The notes under the pieces: generated by a model
Database searches by the model: none
What the model saw: only the letters and a program-made list of their open reading frames with translations
What the model was told of the DNA's origin: nothing
Assembly: GCA_027492035.1 (NCBI GenBank)
Contig: JAOZFT010000015.1
Location: 1 to 64,000 of the forward strand
Reading direction: 5' to 3'
Source of the DNA: Thermoproteota archaeon
GTDB taxonomy: Archaea > Korarchaeota > JAOZGF01 > JAOZFZ01
Length of the DNA: 64,000 bases
Shown here: positions 9,826-22,215 of the stretch, one piece after another
How positions within the stretch are numbered: position 1 is the first letter of the stretch
Layout of the letters: every line of letters starts with the position of its first letter
Made by a program: the position numbers and the translations under genes

Positions 9826-10518
9826 TCAGTCCAGCAACTGGAAACACTCCTGTATTTCCTTGATTATTTTCGATATTTTCTTTTCCCTTATATCCAGTTC
9901 TTCAGCTAACTCGCTAACTATATCTTCAAAGTTTCCTTTACTCCATGAACAAAAGGTTAAATAGGCAACTTTCCTTTTTAAACCGTCATGAATTTTTTCA
10001 TTTATAACTGTTCGCATTTTGTCCATAATTCTTCTTTTAAGTTCCAAATAAAAGGTTAAACTGTTCTCTAAGCGATTTATTTTCTCATCTATTTCGTTTA
10101 AGACTTCCCCTGCTGATTTTAGCAGTAAGGAGGGGTTTGTATCGTACAGTAACTTATTTACTTTGTTCATTAATTCATCCTTTGGGAAAAGCCTCTTTTT
10201 CAGTTCTGAGAATCTCCGTAAATTCATGTTGACAAGGCTCTGAGCCACACTTACTGTTAAGAAGAAAGATTTGTTTAATTTATAGTACTTTCTTGGTGGA
10301 GCCGCTAAGTCACTTTTTACGTAGTAAGAGGAAATAATGCCTTGCTCCATTAACTTGTCCAGGTGTTTTAAAATAGCTTGTTGACTTACCCCTATTTCTT
10401 TAGCTAATTGAGGCAGATACATTGGTTCTTCAGCTAGCAGTCTCAATATCTCTCTCCTAACTCTGTTCCCAAGTATTTTCAAGATGACGTCAAGTTCATC
10501 CTCAACATATTTAACCAT
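9826..10518 (-). CDS. ArsR-family heat-shock regulator (HSR1/Phr-like)
   Basis: ILGNRVRREILRLLAEEP..LAKEIGVSQQAILKHL wHTH, PPRKYY, coiled-coil C-terminus; divergent from cdc48-hsp20. Confidence 0.8.
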   Translation of the reverse strand: MVKYVEDELDVILKILGNRVRREILRLLAEEPMYLPQLAKEIGVSQQAILKHLDKLMEQGIISSYYVKSDLAAPPRKYYKLNKSFFLTVSVAQSLVNMNLRRFSELKKRLFPKDELMNKVNKLLYDTNPSLLLKSAGEVLNEIDEKINRLENSLTFYLELKRRIMDKMRTVINEKIHDGLKRKVAYLTFCSWSKGNFEDIVSELAEELDIREKKISKIIKEIQECFQLLD

Positions 10519-10588
10519 TTGTTTATTCCCCCTCCTTTTGCATCAATTTATTTAAGTGGAACCGTTAAATTTAAATATTATACTTTGG

Positions 10589-10609
10589 TTATTAACTATT
10601 AGTTAATAA
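10589..10609. promoter_or_regulatory. Palindromic HSR1/Phr-type operator downstream of a TATA box
   Basis: TTATTAACTA-T-TAGTTAATAA (10-bp arms); core TTAAC-N5-GTTAA resembles the Archaeoglobus HSR1 site CTAAC-N5-GTTAG; TTTAAATA at 10570-10577. Confidence 0.7.
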
Positions 10610-10628
10610 ATGAAGCTTATCCTTTTAA

Positions 10629-12869
<2,241 letters not shown>

Positions 12870-12913
12870 CCCTTTTTAAGGAAAATGTAATGAAGTGAAG
12901 AGGGTGTAGAGAA

Positions 12914-13354
12914 ATGACTTATTGGCCCTTTTTTGAGGAACTTGAAAGGTTAAGGAATGAAATGAATAAATTCTTTTCTGAACTAATGAAAAGACCCCTC
13001 TCAAAAACCGGAACAGAATTGGCTGAAGGATTTAGGCAACCTTTAATGGACTTGGTAGAGAAAAACGGTGAAGTAACAGTCATAACTGAAATGCCTGGGT
13101 TAAACAAAGAAGACATAGATGTGAAACTCACTGAAAACACTTTAGAAATAAAGGCAAAAAAGAAAATAGAAAAAGAGGAAGAGAAGGGCAACTATAGAGT
13201 AAGAGAAAGAAGACATGTTGGATTTTACAGGAAAATAACTTTACCCGAAAAAGTGGATCCTTCAACAGCGAAAGCAACTTATGAAAACGGAATCCTAAAA
13301 ATAACGTTAACAAAAAAGGAAATACCGAAGAAATTCAAAATAAAAATAGAGTAA
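12914..13354 (+). CDS. hsp20: Small heat-shock protein (Hsp20/alpha-crystallin)
   Basis: EMPGLNKEDIDV, RER...FYRKITLPEKVD...KATYENGILKITL, C-terminal IKIE. Confidence 0.95.
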   Translation: MTYWPFFEELERLRNEMNKFFSELMKRPLSKTGTELAEGFRQPLMDLVEKNGEVTVITEMPGLNKEDIDVKLTENTLEIKAKKKIEKEEEKGNYRVRERRHVGFYRKITLPEKVDPSTAKATYENGILKITLTKKEIPKKFKIKIE

Positions 13355-13498
13355 ACCTAAACTTTAAAAAAGTAAAACCAAAATTTTTTTAGAAAACTTA
13401 AAAGCTAACCTCCCTTTTTCCTTTTTCTTAAAAAGAGTGACGGGTTAGAATTTACTCTCCCCAAAAAAATTTATCCTTTCTGAGAAGTAGTAGAGGCT

Positions 13499-14110
13499 TT
13501 GAGAAAGATGGTAAACAAGGAAGAAACCCTTAAAAAACTTGCTGAAGAAATAAAAAACTGCAAAAAATGTGAATTATATAAAACAAGAACAAACCCTGTC
13601 CCTGGAGAGGGGAACCCAAATACATCTATCTTATTGATTGGAGAAGCCCCAGGGTACTGGGAAGACATAAGGGGCAAACCTTTCGTGGGGGCAGCAGGAA
13701 AATTCTTAAATGAGTTACTGGCAATTTCTGGATTAGAAAGAGAAGATGTTTACATTTGTAACGTTTTAAAATGCCGTCCAACCTTTGAAGGAAAGAATAG
13801 GCCGCCGAAACCTGAAGAAATAAAGGCTTGCACACCGTATTTAGATAAACAAATCAAGATAATAGGGCCCGAAATTATTTGCACCTTAGGGAATTTCGCA
13901 ACAAGTTATATCCTGCAAAAATTCGGGTTTAAGCCAGAGTCAGTTGGGGAAGTGCATGGAAAAGTTTTTGAGGTGAACAGTTTAATGGGAAAAATGAAAA
14001 TAATTCCCCTCTACCACCCAGCAGCTGGTTTACATAAGCCCCCAATGAAGGAAATCATAAGGAAGGATTGGGAGAGAGTCAGGGAGGAAATAGAAACCGG
14101 GAAGAATTAA
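13499..14110 (+). CDS. udg: Family-4 uracil-DNA glycosylase ([4Fe-4S])
   Basis: CKKCEL, GEAPG..ED..GKPFVG, CNVLKCRP, YHPAA. Confidence 0.93.
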   Translation: MRKMVNKEETLKKLAEEIKNCKKCELYKTRTNPVPGEGNPNTSILLIGEAPGYWEDIRGKPFVGAAGKFLNELLAISGLEREDVYICNVLKCRPTFEGKNRPPKPEEIKACTPYLDKQIKIIGPEIICTLGNFATSYILQKFGFKPESVGEVHGKVFEVNSLMGKMKIIPLYHPAAGLHKPPMKEIIRKDWERVREEIETGKN

Positions 14111-14133
14111 GTTTATTGAAGGAAGGTTTTTAA

Positions 14134-14325
14134 GTGTTGAAAGCAAAAAGGCTTTACAGAAAAATAAAAGGCGTTAGAGCCCAAATAAAAACAGCTACGA
14201 AAAAAATTGAGAAGGCTTACTCTAAAGGTGAAAATTTCCGGTTTTACGAAAACAAAGTGCAAAAACTAGTGAAAAATAAAAGTAAATGGAGGAAAAGATT
14301 CCATAAACTTAAACATGAAAGGTAA
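14134..14325 (+). CDS. Small basic hypothetical protein
   Basis: 63 aa, Lys/Arg-rich, co-oriented 23 bp after udg; no family recognised. Confidence 0.45.
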   Translation: MLKAKRLYRKIKGVRAQIKTATKKIEKAYSKGENFRFYENKVQKLVKNKSKWRKRFHKLKHER

Positions 14326-14432
14326 AAAATGTTTCCAGAAGTATCTTTAAGGTTTATTTCTTAAACTTATGATTAAGTTTATAGGGGTATATAGTATACG
14401 TATATGCCAAATAATGTTTACAAGTTACTGCA

Positions 14433-15932
14433 CTAAATCGCCACTTGGAATTTTTTCTTGTCTTTTCTGCATATAACTTGAGTTAAATTCCTCCCAGATA
14501 AAGCTACAGCTGGTAAACCTCCACCTGGTTCAACCCATTGCCCAACCATATAAAAATTTTTCAGCCTGGGTAAGGTCTTTTTCATCCTTCTCATAAACAT
14601 TTTTGGTGTTGGCAGCCACCCTTCAAAACTCCCTTTCCAGTTATTTGTATACCTTATGTAAGTGGCAGGTGTAGCAACATCATAAACCTCAACTTTCGAG
14701 GCTATATCTCCAAATCTTTTATCAAGAATCACTATAAGCTCCTTAGCAATTCTTTCTTTCTCTTTACGATACTTTCCCATATTTCTCTTCCTCAATTTTA
14801 CCCAGTATTCATAATTGGAGGGGACGTGTACAATGATAGAGGTTTTTCCTTCTGGTGCTAATGTAGGGTCAAAGTTGTAGATTCTCACCATTACCCTCTC
14901 AACTTTGTTTTTATCGTCAATAATGAAAGGCTTATCAAGAGGGAAACTTATTGAATGTGGAATGTTATTGAATCTTTTCGATATTCCCAGTGAAATTTGA
15001 GTAATTGCAGGAAACAGCTCTGAATTATTGTAATAATCCAAGATTTCCTTATTTATGTATTTACCGTCAAGCATTTCAAAAATGGTATAATGTCCATCAG
15101 CAGCTGAGATTACAATGTCAGCACTGTAAATTTCCCCATTTGCCAGTTTTATTCCAACAGCTTTATTATTTTCCACAATAACCTTTAACACTTTCGAGTT
15201 ATAACTCACTTTGCCGCCGAGATCAACATACCTCCTTTCGATAGACTTTGAAAACTCTAGAGATCCCCCAATTGGATAACCTGCAGATTTTAGGTGCATC
15301 CAGGAGAGGGTCATAATAAGTCCAGCCATTGCGAATCGGTCATCTACCCCAAGAATCAAAGGAAATATCTCTTTTAAAAATGGATTTTGAAATTTTTCTG
15401 CGTAATCCTTAATTGTGATTTTCTTCCATTTCTTTGCAGCTTTTAAAAAACGATACATCTTAAATAAAAATTTCATTCCATCGATAGGACCATATAGTTC
15501 AGGTGCCTTCTCTATCGGTATTTCAAACCCTGTAAATTCCCTTACTGCATCTGTAAACTTCTTTATTACCTGTTTATCTTCAGGTGCAAACCTTATCATC
15601 TCCCTCTCTAATTTATCCACATTTGTATAAACTGTGAAAACCCTTCCATTTTTCCCTTCTATCCTAATGAATTCTTCAAAGTTCACTATCTTCTTATTTT
15701 GAATCGCACCTAATTCTTGCCATATCTTGTATAAGTTAACAAATGGACTTGAACCAACAAGCCAATGAATGCAGCCATCGAAAATATACCCTTTCCTTCT
15801 CCATGAAGTGCATACACCACCTGGAGACTGGCTCATTTCGAATATTTGAGTTTCGTACCCATTCATTTGTAAATAACAACCTGTCGATAAACCAGCTACT
15901 CCAGCGCCTATTATTGCCACTTTCTTGCTCAT
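14433..15932 (-). CDS. Phytoene desaturase (CrtI)-like FAD-dependent oxidoreductase
   Basis: GAGVAGL Rossmann motif, PGGVCTSWRRKGYIFDG, ATPATYIRYT, NFYMVGQWVEPGGGLP. Confidence 0.85.
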   Translation of the reverse strand: MSKKVAIIGAGVAGLSTGCYLQMNGYETQIFEMSQSPGGVCTSWRRKGYIFDGCIHWLVGSSPFVNLYKIWQELGAIQNKKIVNFEEFIRIEGKNGRVFTVYTNVDKLEREMIRFAPEDKQVIKKFTDAVREFTGFEIPIEKAPELYGPIDGMKFLFKMYRFLKAAKKWKKITIKDYAEKFQNPFLKEIFPLILGVDDRFAMAGLIMTLSWMHLKSAGYPIGGSLEFSKSIERRYVDLGGKVSYNSKVLKVIVENNKAVGIKLANGEIYSADIVISAADGHYTIFEMLDGKYINKEILDYYNNSELFPAITQISLGISKRFNNIPHSISFPLDKPFIIDDKNKVERVMVRIYNFDPTLAPEGKTSIIVHVPSNYEYWVKLRKRNMGKYRKEKERIAKELIVILDKRFGDIASKVEVYDVATPATYIRYTNNWKGSFEGWLPTPKMFMRRMKKTLPRLKNFYMVGQWVEPGGGLPAVALSGRNLTQVICRKDKKKFQVAI

Positions 15933-16223
15933 TTCTTTTTCCTCTTATATCCTTCTATATTCAACTATACAGGGTTTAATTTAGGTAAATGTATATAAAG
16001 TTATGTTGGGATGATGTTTCAAAGGGATGCGCAAAGGGATGCGATAAGTAATTTCTCTTTATTAAATCCCTTCAAGGTTTTCAGTGCATCTGCAATGGTT
16101 TTTCATTCTTCACCGACAATAATTTCAACATGGTTGTAAACCGAAAAATTTATATATAAAAAAAATTACTTAGATTTCGAATTATTAATTTTCTAACTTA
16201 TTTCTTGAAAGAGTGAAGTAAAA

Positions 16224-16886
16224 ATGAACTGGTACAAAGGGTTTTCAAGTAGAATTGGAGGAGTTTTGCTTCACCCGAGGGAAACTTTTGAAATGATTGT
16301 GCATGAAAAAAGAGGGCTAACAGAACCTGTTCTACTCTTTCTAATAATAACTTTGGTTGAGGGATTGCTTGCAGGTTCAGTTATTTCCCGTGTTATACAA
16401 CGTATTCTAGAAATTGTGGAGGTTGGGAGCCATATTCCTTCTTGGATTGTCTCAGGTATTTTTTCCCAAGTTTTGCCTTTCAGTTTAGTGTTGGTTAGTG
16501 TAATAGGTGGCTTCGTTAACTTAATACTTTGGAGCCTGATTAATCACTTAGTTGCTAGACATTTATTTGACAGCATGGGAAGTTATGAAGCAACACTGGG
16601 TTTGTACATGTACACCTCAGTTATTGATTTCCTAATTATTCTTGGCTTAATTGTTTCATTATTCACTCCCGCTGCTGGTTTACTCCTAACTTCAACTTTA
16701 GCATTTGTTACTTTGATTTGGAAAGCTTGGTTGCTTGTTTTAATAACAGAGAATGTTTACGGTTTAGATTCAGGTAAAGCTTTAATTTCAGCCATCTTAA
16801 TTCCTTTAGTTATTTATCTTGTGGTTTTTCCAGGTTTATCTCTGATAAGGCTGCTTTACATGCCATGGAACCCTTGGAGGTTTTAA
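16224..16886 (+). CDS. Yip1-family membrane protein
   Basis: GVLLHPRETF start followed by ~5 hydrophobic helices. Confidence 0.7.
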   Translation: MNWYKGFSSRIGGVLLHPRETFEMIVHEKRGLTEPVLLFLIITLVEGLLAGSVISRVIQRILEIVEVGSHIPSWIVSGIFSQVLPFSLVLVSVIGGFVNLILWSLINHLVARHLFDSMGSYEATLGLYMYTSVIDFLIILGLIVSLFTPAAGLLLTSTLAFVTLIWKAWLLVLITENVYGLDSGKALISAILIPLVIYLVVFPGLSLIRLLYMPWNPWRF

Positions 16887-16912
16887 TTTTTTTAGTTTTT
16901 GGAAGGTAAGGT

Positions 16913-17809
16913 GTGGAAGGAATGGTTTCATTAAATTTGTCAAAGGAACAGTTAACCGGTTTAGGTATAATAATAATTATCGCAGCTGGTTTAATTCTTG
17001 CAGTTAGTGCTCCCCTTTTTCTAAAAGGTAAACCTGTCGAAGAAAGGGAGAAAATAAATTTAATTAACATTTTTGAAAAAATAACAAGGGAATGGGGAGA
17101 AAAAGAGAAATTATATTTCAATAGCACCGACGTGGATGTAAAGGAAGTAGTTGTGAATTTAAACGCTTCACTGGGTTCATTCAAAGTTTCTTTTGAAGAC
17201 ACGGGACTTCCTTTTCAAGCTGAAATTGAGCAGCAGAAGTCATCTCCAAAACCTGTTTTTGAAAAAGAGAAAAGAAACCAGGTTCTTTATTGCAGCCTTA
17301 AAGTTGAAGAGGGGAAAGTACATGTTTTCTTGGATCCCTCCTGGAAGTATAGTGTCTCAGTAAAAACAGGGACAGGAGCTGTGACTTTCACGTCCATAAC
17401 CGGTGTTAGAGTGGACAATTTGTTTTTGTCAACGATTGTGGGTGCTGTAAACCTAAATTTGCAAGGTTTAATCAGGAATGTGTCAGTTAAAACCGAAACA
17501 GGCGCCATAAACCTTTCATATATTATAAGTGAACCATTAAACAGTTCAGTGGATTGTAAAACAGGAATTGGGGCGATTAAGTTCAGTGTTGCTGTACCTG
17601 AAGAAGCGGGTCTCAGCATTCACGCAGAAACAGGTGTAGGATCAGTTAAAATAAAGGGTGACGGATTAAAAGTTGTAAGTTCTTCAGAGAATGAAATTCA
17701 CTATAAATCAAATAATTTCGATGCTGCCAAGTCTAGGTTAGACATAAACCTATTTACTGGTACAGGATCGATTAAAGGGGACGTTGAAACTATGTCCTCA
17801 ACTGTTTAA
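16913..17809 (+). CDS. Membrane-anchored beta-solenoid protein (DUF4097/toast-rack-like)
   Basis: N-terminal TM; repeated xTGxGxI/V units (KTGTGAV, KTETGAI, KTGIGAI, ETGVGSV, FTGTGSI). Confidence 0.7.
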   Translation: MEGMVSLNLSKEQLTGLGIIIIIAAGLILAVSAPLFLKGKPVEEREKINLINIFEKITREWGEKEKLYFNSTDVDVKEVVVNLNASLGSFKVSFEDTGLPFQAEIEQQKSSPKPVFEKEKRNQVLYCSLKVEEGKVHVFLDPSWKYSVSVKTGTGAVTFTSITGVRVDNLFLSTIVGAVNLNLQGLIRNVSVKTETGAINLSYIISEPLNSSVDCKTGIGAIKFSVAVPEEAGLSIHAETGVGSVKIKGDGLKVVSSSENEIHYKSNNFDAAKSRLDINLFTGTGSIKGDVETMSSTV

Positions 17810-17896
17810 AAACTGCACTTTTTTGTTTCCTTCCACTCTTTTAAAAACTTTGAAGACAGGTGAATCGGGACGGTTTATATTCCTAGAAATAAACCC

Positions 17897-18553
17897 TTGC
17901 AGGGAAAAAATGTTTTGAATGTTTTAGCCAATGAAAACAGGCTTTTAATCATAAAGTTCATTACTGAAAGCAAGGAGGGAGTCAGTGCCTCAGAAATAGC
18001 TGAAAAATTAAATTTGAAAATTTCAACCGTTATGAGTCACTTAGAACAAATGGAGTCTGTGGGATTGATCAGGTTTGACTGGAAAAGGATAGGTAGGGGT
18101 AGGCCTCTCAAAAAATATAAACTTGTAGATAACTATGTAACAATAGACCTGGACTTAGCTGCTTTAGCCAGGATCCCAAACAAGGAGGAACTTGAAGAAA
18201 AAATTTTCACCTACATCTCCTTAAAAAGGAAAAGAGACACTTTGCCCGTAAGCTTAACAGTTGAAGACATAATTAAAACCTTAAATGTAGACGCTAAAAC
18301 CGCACTTGTATTGCTTGATTACTTAACTGAAAAGAAAAACGAAGTAGCTAAAATGTTAGCTTCAGAAGTGCTCGAAAAATTCAAAAACAAAAAAGTTGTG
18401 GAAATAGAAAAAATAGCTAGGGAATTGAAAGTACATGAATACTGGGCAGCGAAAACAGCTTCGTACCTGGAATCAAAAGGCCTTTACAAAGTTAGAGAAG
18501 GTAAAATTTGTAGGATTGAATACGAAAAAGGCAAGGAAAAAACAGGGAAGTGA
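17897..18553 (+). CDS. ArsR-family wHTH transcriptional regulator
   Basis: LANENRLLII..SASEIAEKLNLKISTVMSHLEQME..GRGRPLKKY. Confidence 0.85.
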   Translation: MQGKNVLNVLANENRLLIIKFITESKEGVSASEIAEKLNLKISTVMSHLEQMESVGLIRFDWKRIGRGRPLKKYKLVDNYVTIDLDLAALARIPNKEELEEKIFTYISLKRKRDTLPVSLTVEDIIKTLNVDAKTALVLLDYLTEKKNEVAKMLASEVLEKFKNKKVVEIEKIARELKVHEYWAAKTASYLESKGLYKVREGKICRIEYEKGKEKTGK

Positions 18554-18561
18554 GGTTTCCT

Positions 18562-18915
18562 TTATTGAATAGGTGGTGAAAGGGCATAAATTATGGTGGC
18601 GCTTTCCTTCCCTTCATTTATTAACCCATGTTTCTCACCAGCTGGGAGATAAATTGCATCTCCCTCTTTTACCTTAATTTTTTTGTTGTTACAGTAAATT
18701 GTCACTTCCCCCTTTAATATGAAGTAAACTTCGTCTTCAACCTCATACTTCCACTTCAATGGTTTATTACCTGGTTCAACAAATACTACACCAAACATTA
18801 TTTTGTCAGATCCTTCCCTTCCCTTAGTTATTAACCTTCTTACACGAATACTGTCAGATAAAGTTACAGATTCAATATCTCTTACATTAACAACCTTTGC
18901 TGACTTTTTACTCAT
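18562..18915 (-). CDS. Cupin-domain protein
   Basis: EDEVYFILKGEV..GDAIYLPAGEKHGLIN; the first-motif histidines are missing. Confidence 0.85.
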   Translation of the reverse strand: MSKKSAKVVNVRDIESVTLSDSIRVRRLITKGREGSDKIMFGVVFVEPGNKPLKWKYEVEDEVYFILKGEVTIYCNNKKIKVKEGDAIYLPAGEKHGLINEGKESATIIYALSPPIQ

Positions 18916-18973
18916 TGCTTTCCCCCCATTTTCTTGAAAAGGAAAAACTGTGAAGTTCTCAGCTTCTCATCCC

Positions 18974-20026
18974 TCACCCTTTAAAGTGAGGCATTATCTT
19001 TTCATTAATCTCTTTTAATGTCTCCTCAACTGTTGGTCCCCCTGAAATGGTCATTATTCTGAACCCTAGGTTTTTTGCACCGGCTTTAACGTACTCATTT
19101 ATATGTTCTAAACATTCTTCAGGACTGCCTATTACAATAGTTTTTCTAACTAATTCCTCAGGCACGTCTTTAGATGCTTCAAGTAAAGCTTTTCCATTTG
19201 GGAAAGGTTTATGTGCCAATATATGGGTGTAAGCCGGGGCTGAAACCTCATAACCATGTTCCTTCAAAATACTTCTTTCAACGTAGAGGTAAGCCTTACC
19301 TACCTCCACAGCTTTCTTCTGCACTTCAGGATCGTCACACATACAAACATAAAGCCATGTAACAATGTCTATTTCATCGAAATTCCTACCAGCTCTTTTT
19401 GCGGATTCTTCTATTGTTTTGATTAAACCTGGAAGTTTCTTTGGCAACACAATCCACGAGAACCAACCTTCAGCTTTTTCCCCTATTATTTTCAGGAGGC
19501 TTTTTGATTTTATTGCCCCCACATAAATTGGTGGATGAGGTTTCTGAACAAACTTCTGATCTATAAATGCTTCTTTTAAAGTGTAAAACTCTCCATTGTA
19601 GAAAGCCATTCTTTCTCTGTTAGAGGTCCATAAAAGCTTGGTTACGTCAATGTACTCACTTAACCTTTTAATCCTCTTTTTTGCACTTTCGAATTCTATT
19701 CCGAAAGGTATAAGGTTCATTGCTTCACCTGCACCTAAGGCTGTCACTGCTCTGCCTGCTGTTAACTCATCAAGTGTAGCCACCATTTGAGCCATTTTTG
19801 AGGGGTGAATGTGGTAAATGTCAGCTACACCTGGGCTTAATTTAATTTTTTTAGTTTGGGCACCTATTGCACCCATAACAGTCCAACAGTCGATGCGTGC
19901 CCCATCAATGTCTACGATATGGTCAGGTATAAAAACATAGTCGAAACCGTATTTTTCAGCTAAAACTCCACATTTCACAACCCTATCTGCTGGGTACATA
20001 TCTCCAAGCACTGCACTAAACTTCAT
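18974..20026 (-). CDS. LLM-class (luciferase-like, probably F420-dependent) oxidoreductase
   Basis: AEKYGFDYVFIPDH, ATLDELTAGRAVTALGAG, PHPPIYVGA, IGSPEEC; likely start MKFSAV at 20026. Confidence 0.88.
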   Translation of the reverse strand: MKFSAVLGDMYPADRVVKCGVLAEKYGFDYVFIPDHIVDIDGARIDCWTVMGAIGAQTKKIKLSPGVADIYHIHPSKMAQMVATLDELTAGRAVTALGAGEAMNLIPFGIEFESAKKRIKRLSEYIDVTKLLWTSNRERMAFYNGEFYTLKEAFIDQKFVQKPHPPIYVGAIKSKSLLKIIGEKAEGWFSWIVLPKKLPGLIKTIEESAKRAGRNFDEIDIVTWLYVCMCDDPEVQKKAVEVGKAYLYVERSILKEHGYEVSAPAYTHILAHKPFPNGKALLEASKDVPEELVRKTIVIGSPEECLEHINEYVKAGAKNLGFRIMTISGGPTVEETLKEINEKIMPHFKG

Positions 20027-20058
20027 TTTTTCCCCACCTCCTCCCAAAAAGTAAAAAA

Positions 20059-20781
20059 TTACTTTGTTGCAAATAATGCTTCTCCGTAACCTTTCACTTC
20101 TTTTAACGGTGCGTTACATTTTTTTAATGCATTCCATAGTGTTGCTGAGTTGCTGCAAACAACAGGTTTGTTAAGTTTCTTCTCTAACTCATTTATGAGC
20201 CCCATTAGTTTAAGCCCTGTACAGCTTATGAATAAACCTTTAGATCTTTCGGAGTCAGCTTTTTCAGCTGCTTCACTTAATTCGCTATGTTCCAAGGCAC
20301 ACATTTCTTCAGTATTAGTTATGGAAAGGCCGACATCCTTCACAACTTTTATGTTGAAATTTGCCAAGTAATTTATCTCCATTTTGTTAAGGTCTTTAGT
20401 GTAAGGTGTCATTAAAGATATAGTGGATAATTTTAATTGCTTCAATGCCTCAACCACTGACTGCATAGTACTTATTGCTTTTACCCCTGTCTCATTTTCT
20501 ATTTTATTAAGCAGTTTCTTTTCCCATTCCAAACCTAGAACAAAGGTTCCGCTTGTGCAATGGTAAATTATTAAGTCTATTTTTGGGGGTAACCTTTCAA
20601 TAGCGATTTCTACTTCATCCGACATCTTGAGCAAGTTTTCTCTTGTAACTGATTCCAGTTTAATTCGTGTCGCGTAAAAAGCCACACCCTCAGGTGCTGC
20701 TTTATTGAATTCATATTCTGTCGTGTAGTCCTCGTGCGGTAAAATCAACCCTATTCTAGCTTTTTCACCGTAAAGAACCAT
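20059..20781 (-). CDS. Maleate isomerase / arylmalonate decarboxylase / Asp-Glu racemase family (EutA-like)
   Basis: RIGLILP, YHCTSG and FISCTGL (two catalytic Cys), TPY, KPVVCSN. Confidence 0.85.
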   Translation of the reverse strand: MVLYGEKARIGLILPHEDYTTEYEFNKAAPEGVAFYATRIKLESVTRENLLKMSDEVEIAIERLPPKIDLIIYHCTSGTFVLGLEWEKKLLNKIENETGVKAISTMQSVVEALKQLKLSTISLMTPYTKDLNKMEINYLANFNIKVVKDVGLSITNTEEMCALEHSELSEAAEKADSERSKGLFISCTGLKLMGLINELEKKLNKPVVCSNSATLWNALKKCNAPLKEVKGYGEALFATK

Positions 20782-20808
20782 TTTTAAACACCTTTAATAA
20801 ATGCCCAA

Positions 20809-22116
20809 TTATTCTTTGTGTTCCTTAATAAACTTGTCAACAAGTGCTAAAAACGTATCTATTTCCTCTTCAGTGTGTGCAGTTGAGAGTATGAAGTGGG
20901 CAGTTGACGGGGAGAGATAAATAACCCCATGCTCCAGCATAAACCTGTGGAGGGCTGTTGTTAATTTTAAATTTTTAGTTCTGTAAACTGTTAATCCATC
21001 CTTGGGTCTTTCACGGGTGAAATGGATACCGAAAACAGAACCTATTCCCGTAACGTAAGCTTGAAAACCGTATTTTTCAAAAATATCAATTAACCCCTCC
21101 CTAGCCCTTTTCCCTAGTTTATCTAGGTAAGGATAAATTTCATCTTTTCTCCTTTCCAGTTCTTTCATGACAATGTACCCTGCCTTGGCTACTAAAGCGT
21201 TTCCTGTGTATGTACCCCCGTGAAAAGACCTTTCCCAAAAATTAGGATGCTTCAAATGATCTATTTTCTCCATAACGTCAGCCCTGCCACAAATAGCTCC
21301 TGCACCCGCAAAATATTGGCCACCAACTGTTTTTCCTAAAGTGGTTAGGTCAGGTTTTACGCCATAAAACTTTTGTGCACCTCCCACAAACCTGAACCCT
21401 GTAACCACCTCATCAAATATCAACAAAATATCCTTTTCGTCGCAAAGTTCTCTAAGGCCTTTCAAGAAATCATTTTCCGGAGGTATAAAACCACCAGCCC
21501 CCATAACAGGTTCAAGAATCATACAAGCTAAATCTTCACCCTTTATTCTTTCTCTAACTCCATCTAAATCATTGAATGGAAGTAGGATAGTGTTTTTTAT
21601 TTGGTTCTCAGTTAATCCTAAGGAGGCAGGTTTGTCGAAAGGGTAACTGACAGCTTTATGTAATGCATCATAACCCCCATGCCAATGACCTTCAAACTTA
21701 CCGATTTTCTTCCTGCCTGTGTAGGCCCTTGCCAATCTGATGTTATACATATTTCCCTCTGTTCCACTATTGGTTGGCCTCACCATTTCTGCACTAGGGA
21801 ACCATTTACAAACCTGTTCAGCCCATTTAACAGCTTCCTCATTTAAGTAACCAAAGAAAGGCCCATTATTTAATTGTTCTTTTACAGCTTCAATGACAGG
21901 CTCATAATTATGCCCAAGAATGGCAGCTGAATGATCCATCCAATAATCCACATATTCATTGCCATCAATATCCCAGACTTTACTTCCTTTAGCTTTAACT
22001 ATACATAGGGGATAAGGCTCAAAGTATCGAGAGCCGTAACAAACTCCTCCAGGCAAATATTTTTTAGCTTTTTCAAAAATAACCTTAGACTTCTTAGTTC
22101 TCTCCTCAAAACCCAT
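20809..22116 (-). CDS. Class III PLP aminotransferase (GSA-aminomutase-like)
   Basis: WDIDGNEYVDY, NSGTEG, FEGHWHG, FDEVVTGFR, PLP-Lys in LGKTVGG, GTYTGN. Confidence 0.9.
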   Translation of the reverse strand: MGFEERTKKSKVIFEKAKKYLPGGVCYGSRYFEPYPLCIVKAKGSKVWDIDGNEYVDYWMDHSAAILGHNYEPVIEAVKEQLNNGPFFGYLNEEAVKWAEQVCKWFPSAEMVRPTNSGTEGNMYNIRLARAYTGRKKIGKFEGHWHGGYDALHKAVSYPFDKPASLGLTENQIKNTILLPFNDLDGVRERIKGEDLACMILEPVMGAGGFIPPENDFLKGLRELCDEKDILLIFDEVVTGFRFVGGAQKFYGVKPDLTTLGKTVGGQYFAGAGAICGRADVMEKIDHLKHPNFWERSFHGGTYTGNALVAKAGYIVMKELERRKDEIYPYLDKLGKRAREGLIDIFEKYGFQAYVTGIGSVFGIHFTRERPKDGLTVYRTKNLKLTTALHRFMLEHGVIYLSPSTAHFILSTAHTEEEIDTFLALVDKFIKEHKE

Positions 22117-22215
22117 TTCTCCCCACCTTTGGTTAAGAATCTACAAAAAAGGAAAAAGTTAAAAGCTGTTTTAAAGGAAAGAATGAAAAAATAAAAAAAG
22201 GAAAGGAGGGTTCGT

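Noticed and set aside
16020-16043. 12-bp tandem duplication CAAAGGGATGCG x2
   Set aside because: Only two adjacent copies in intergenic DNA with no element between them; probably slippage.
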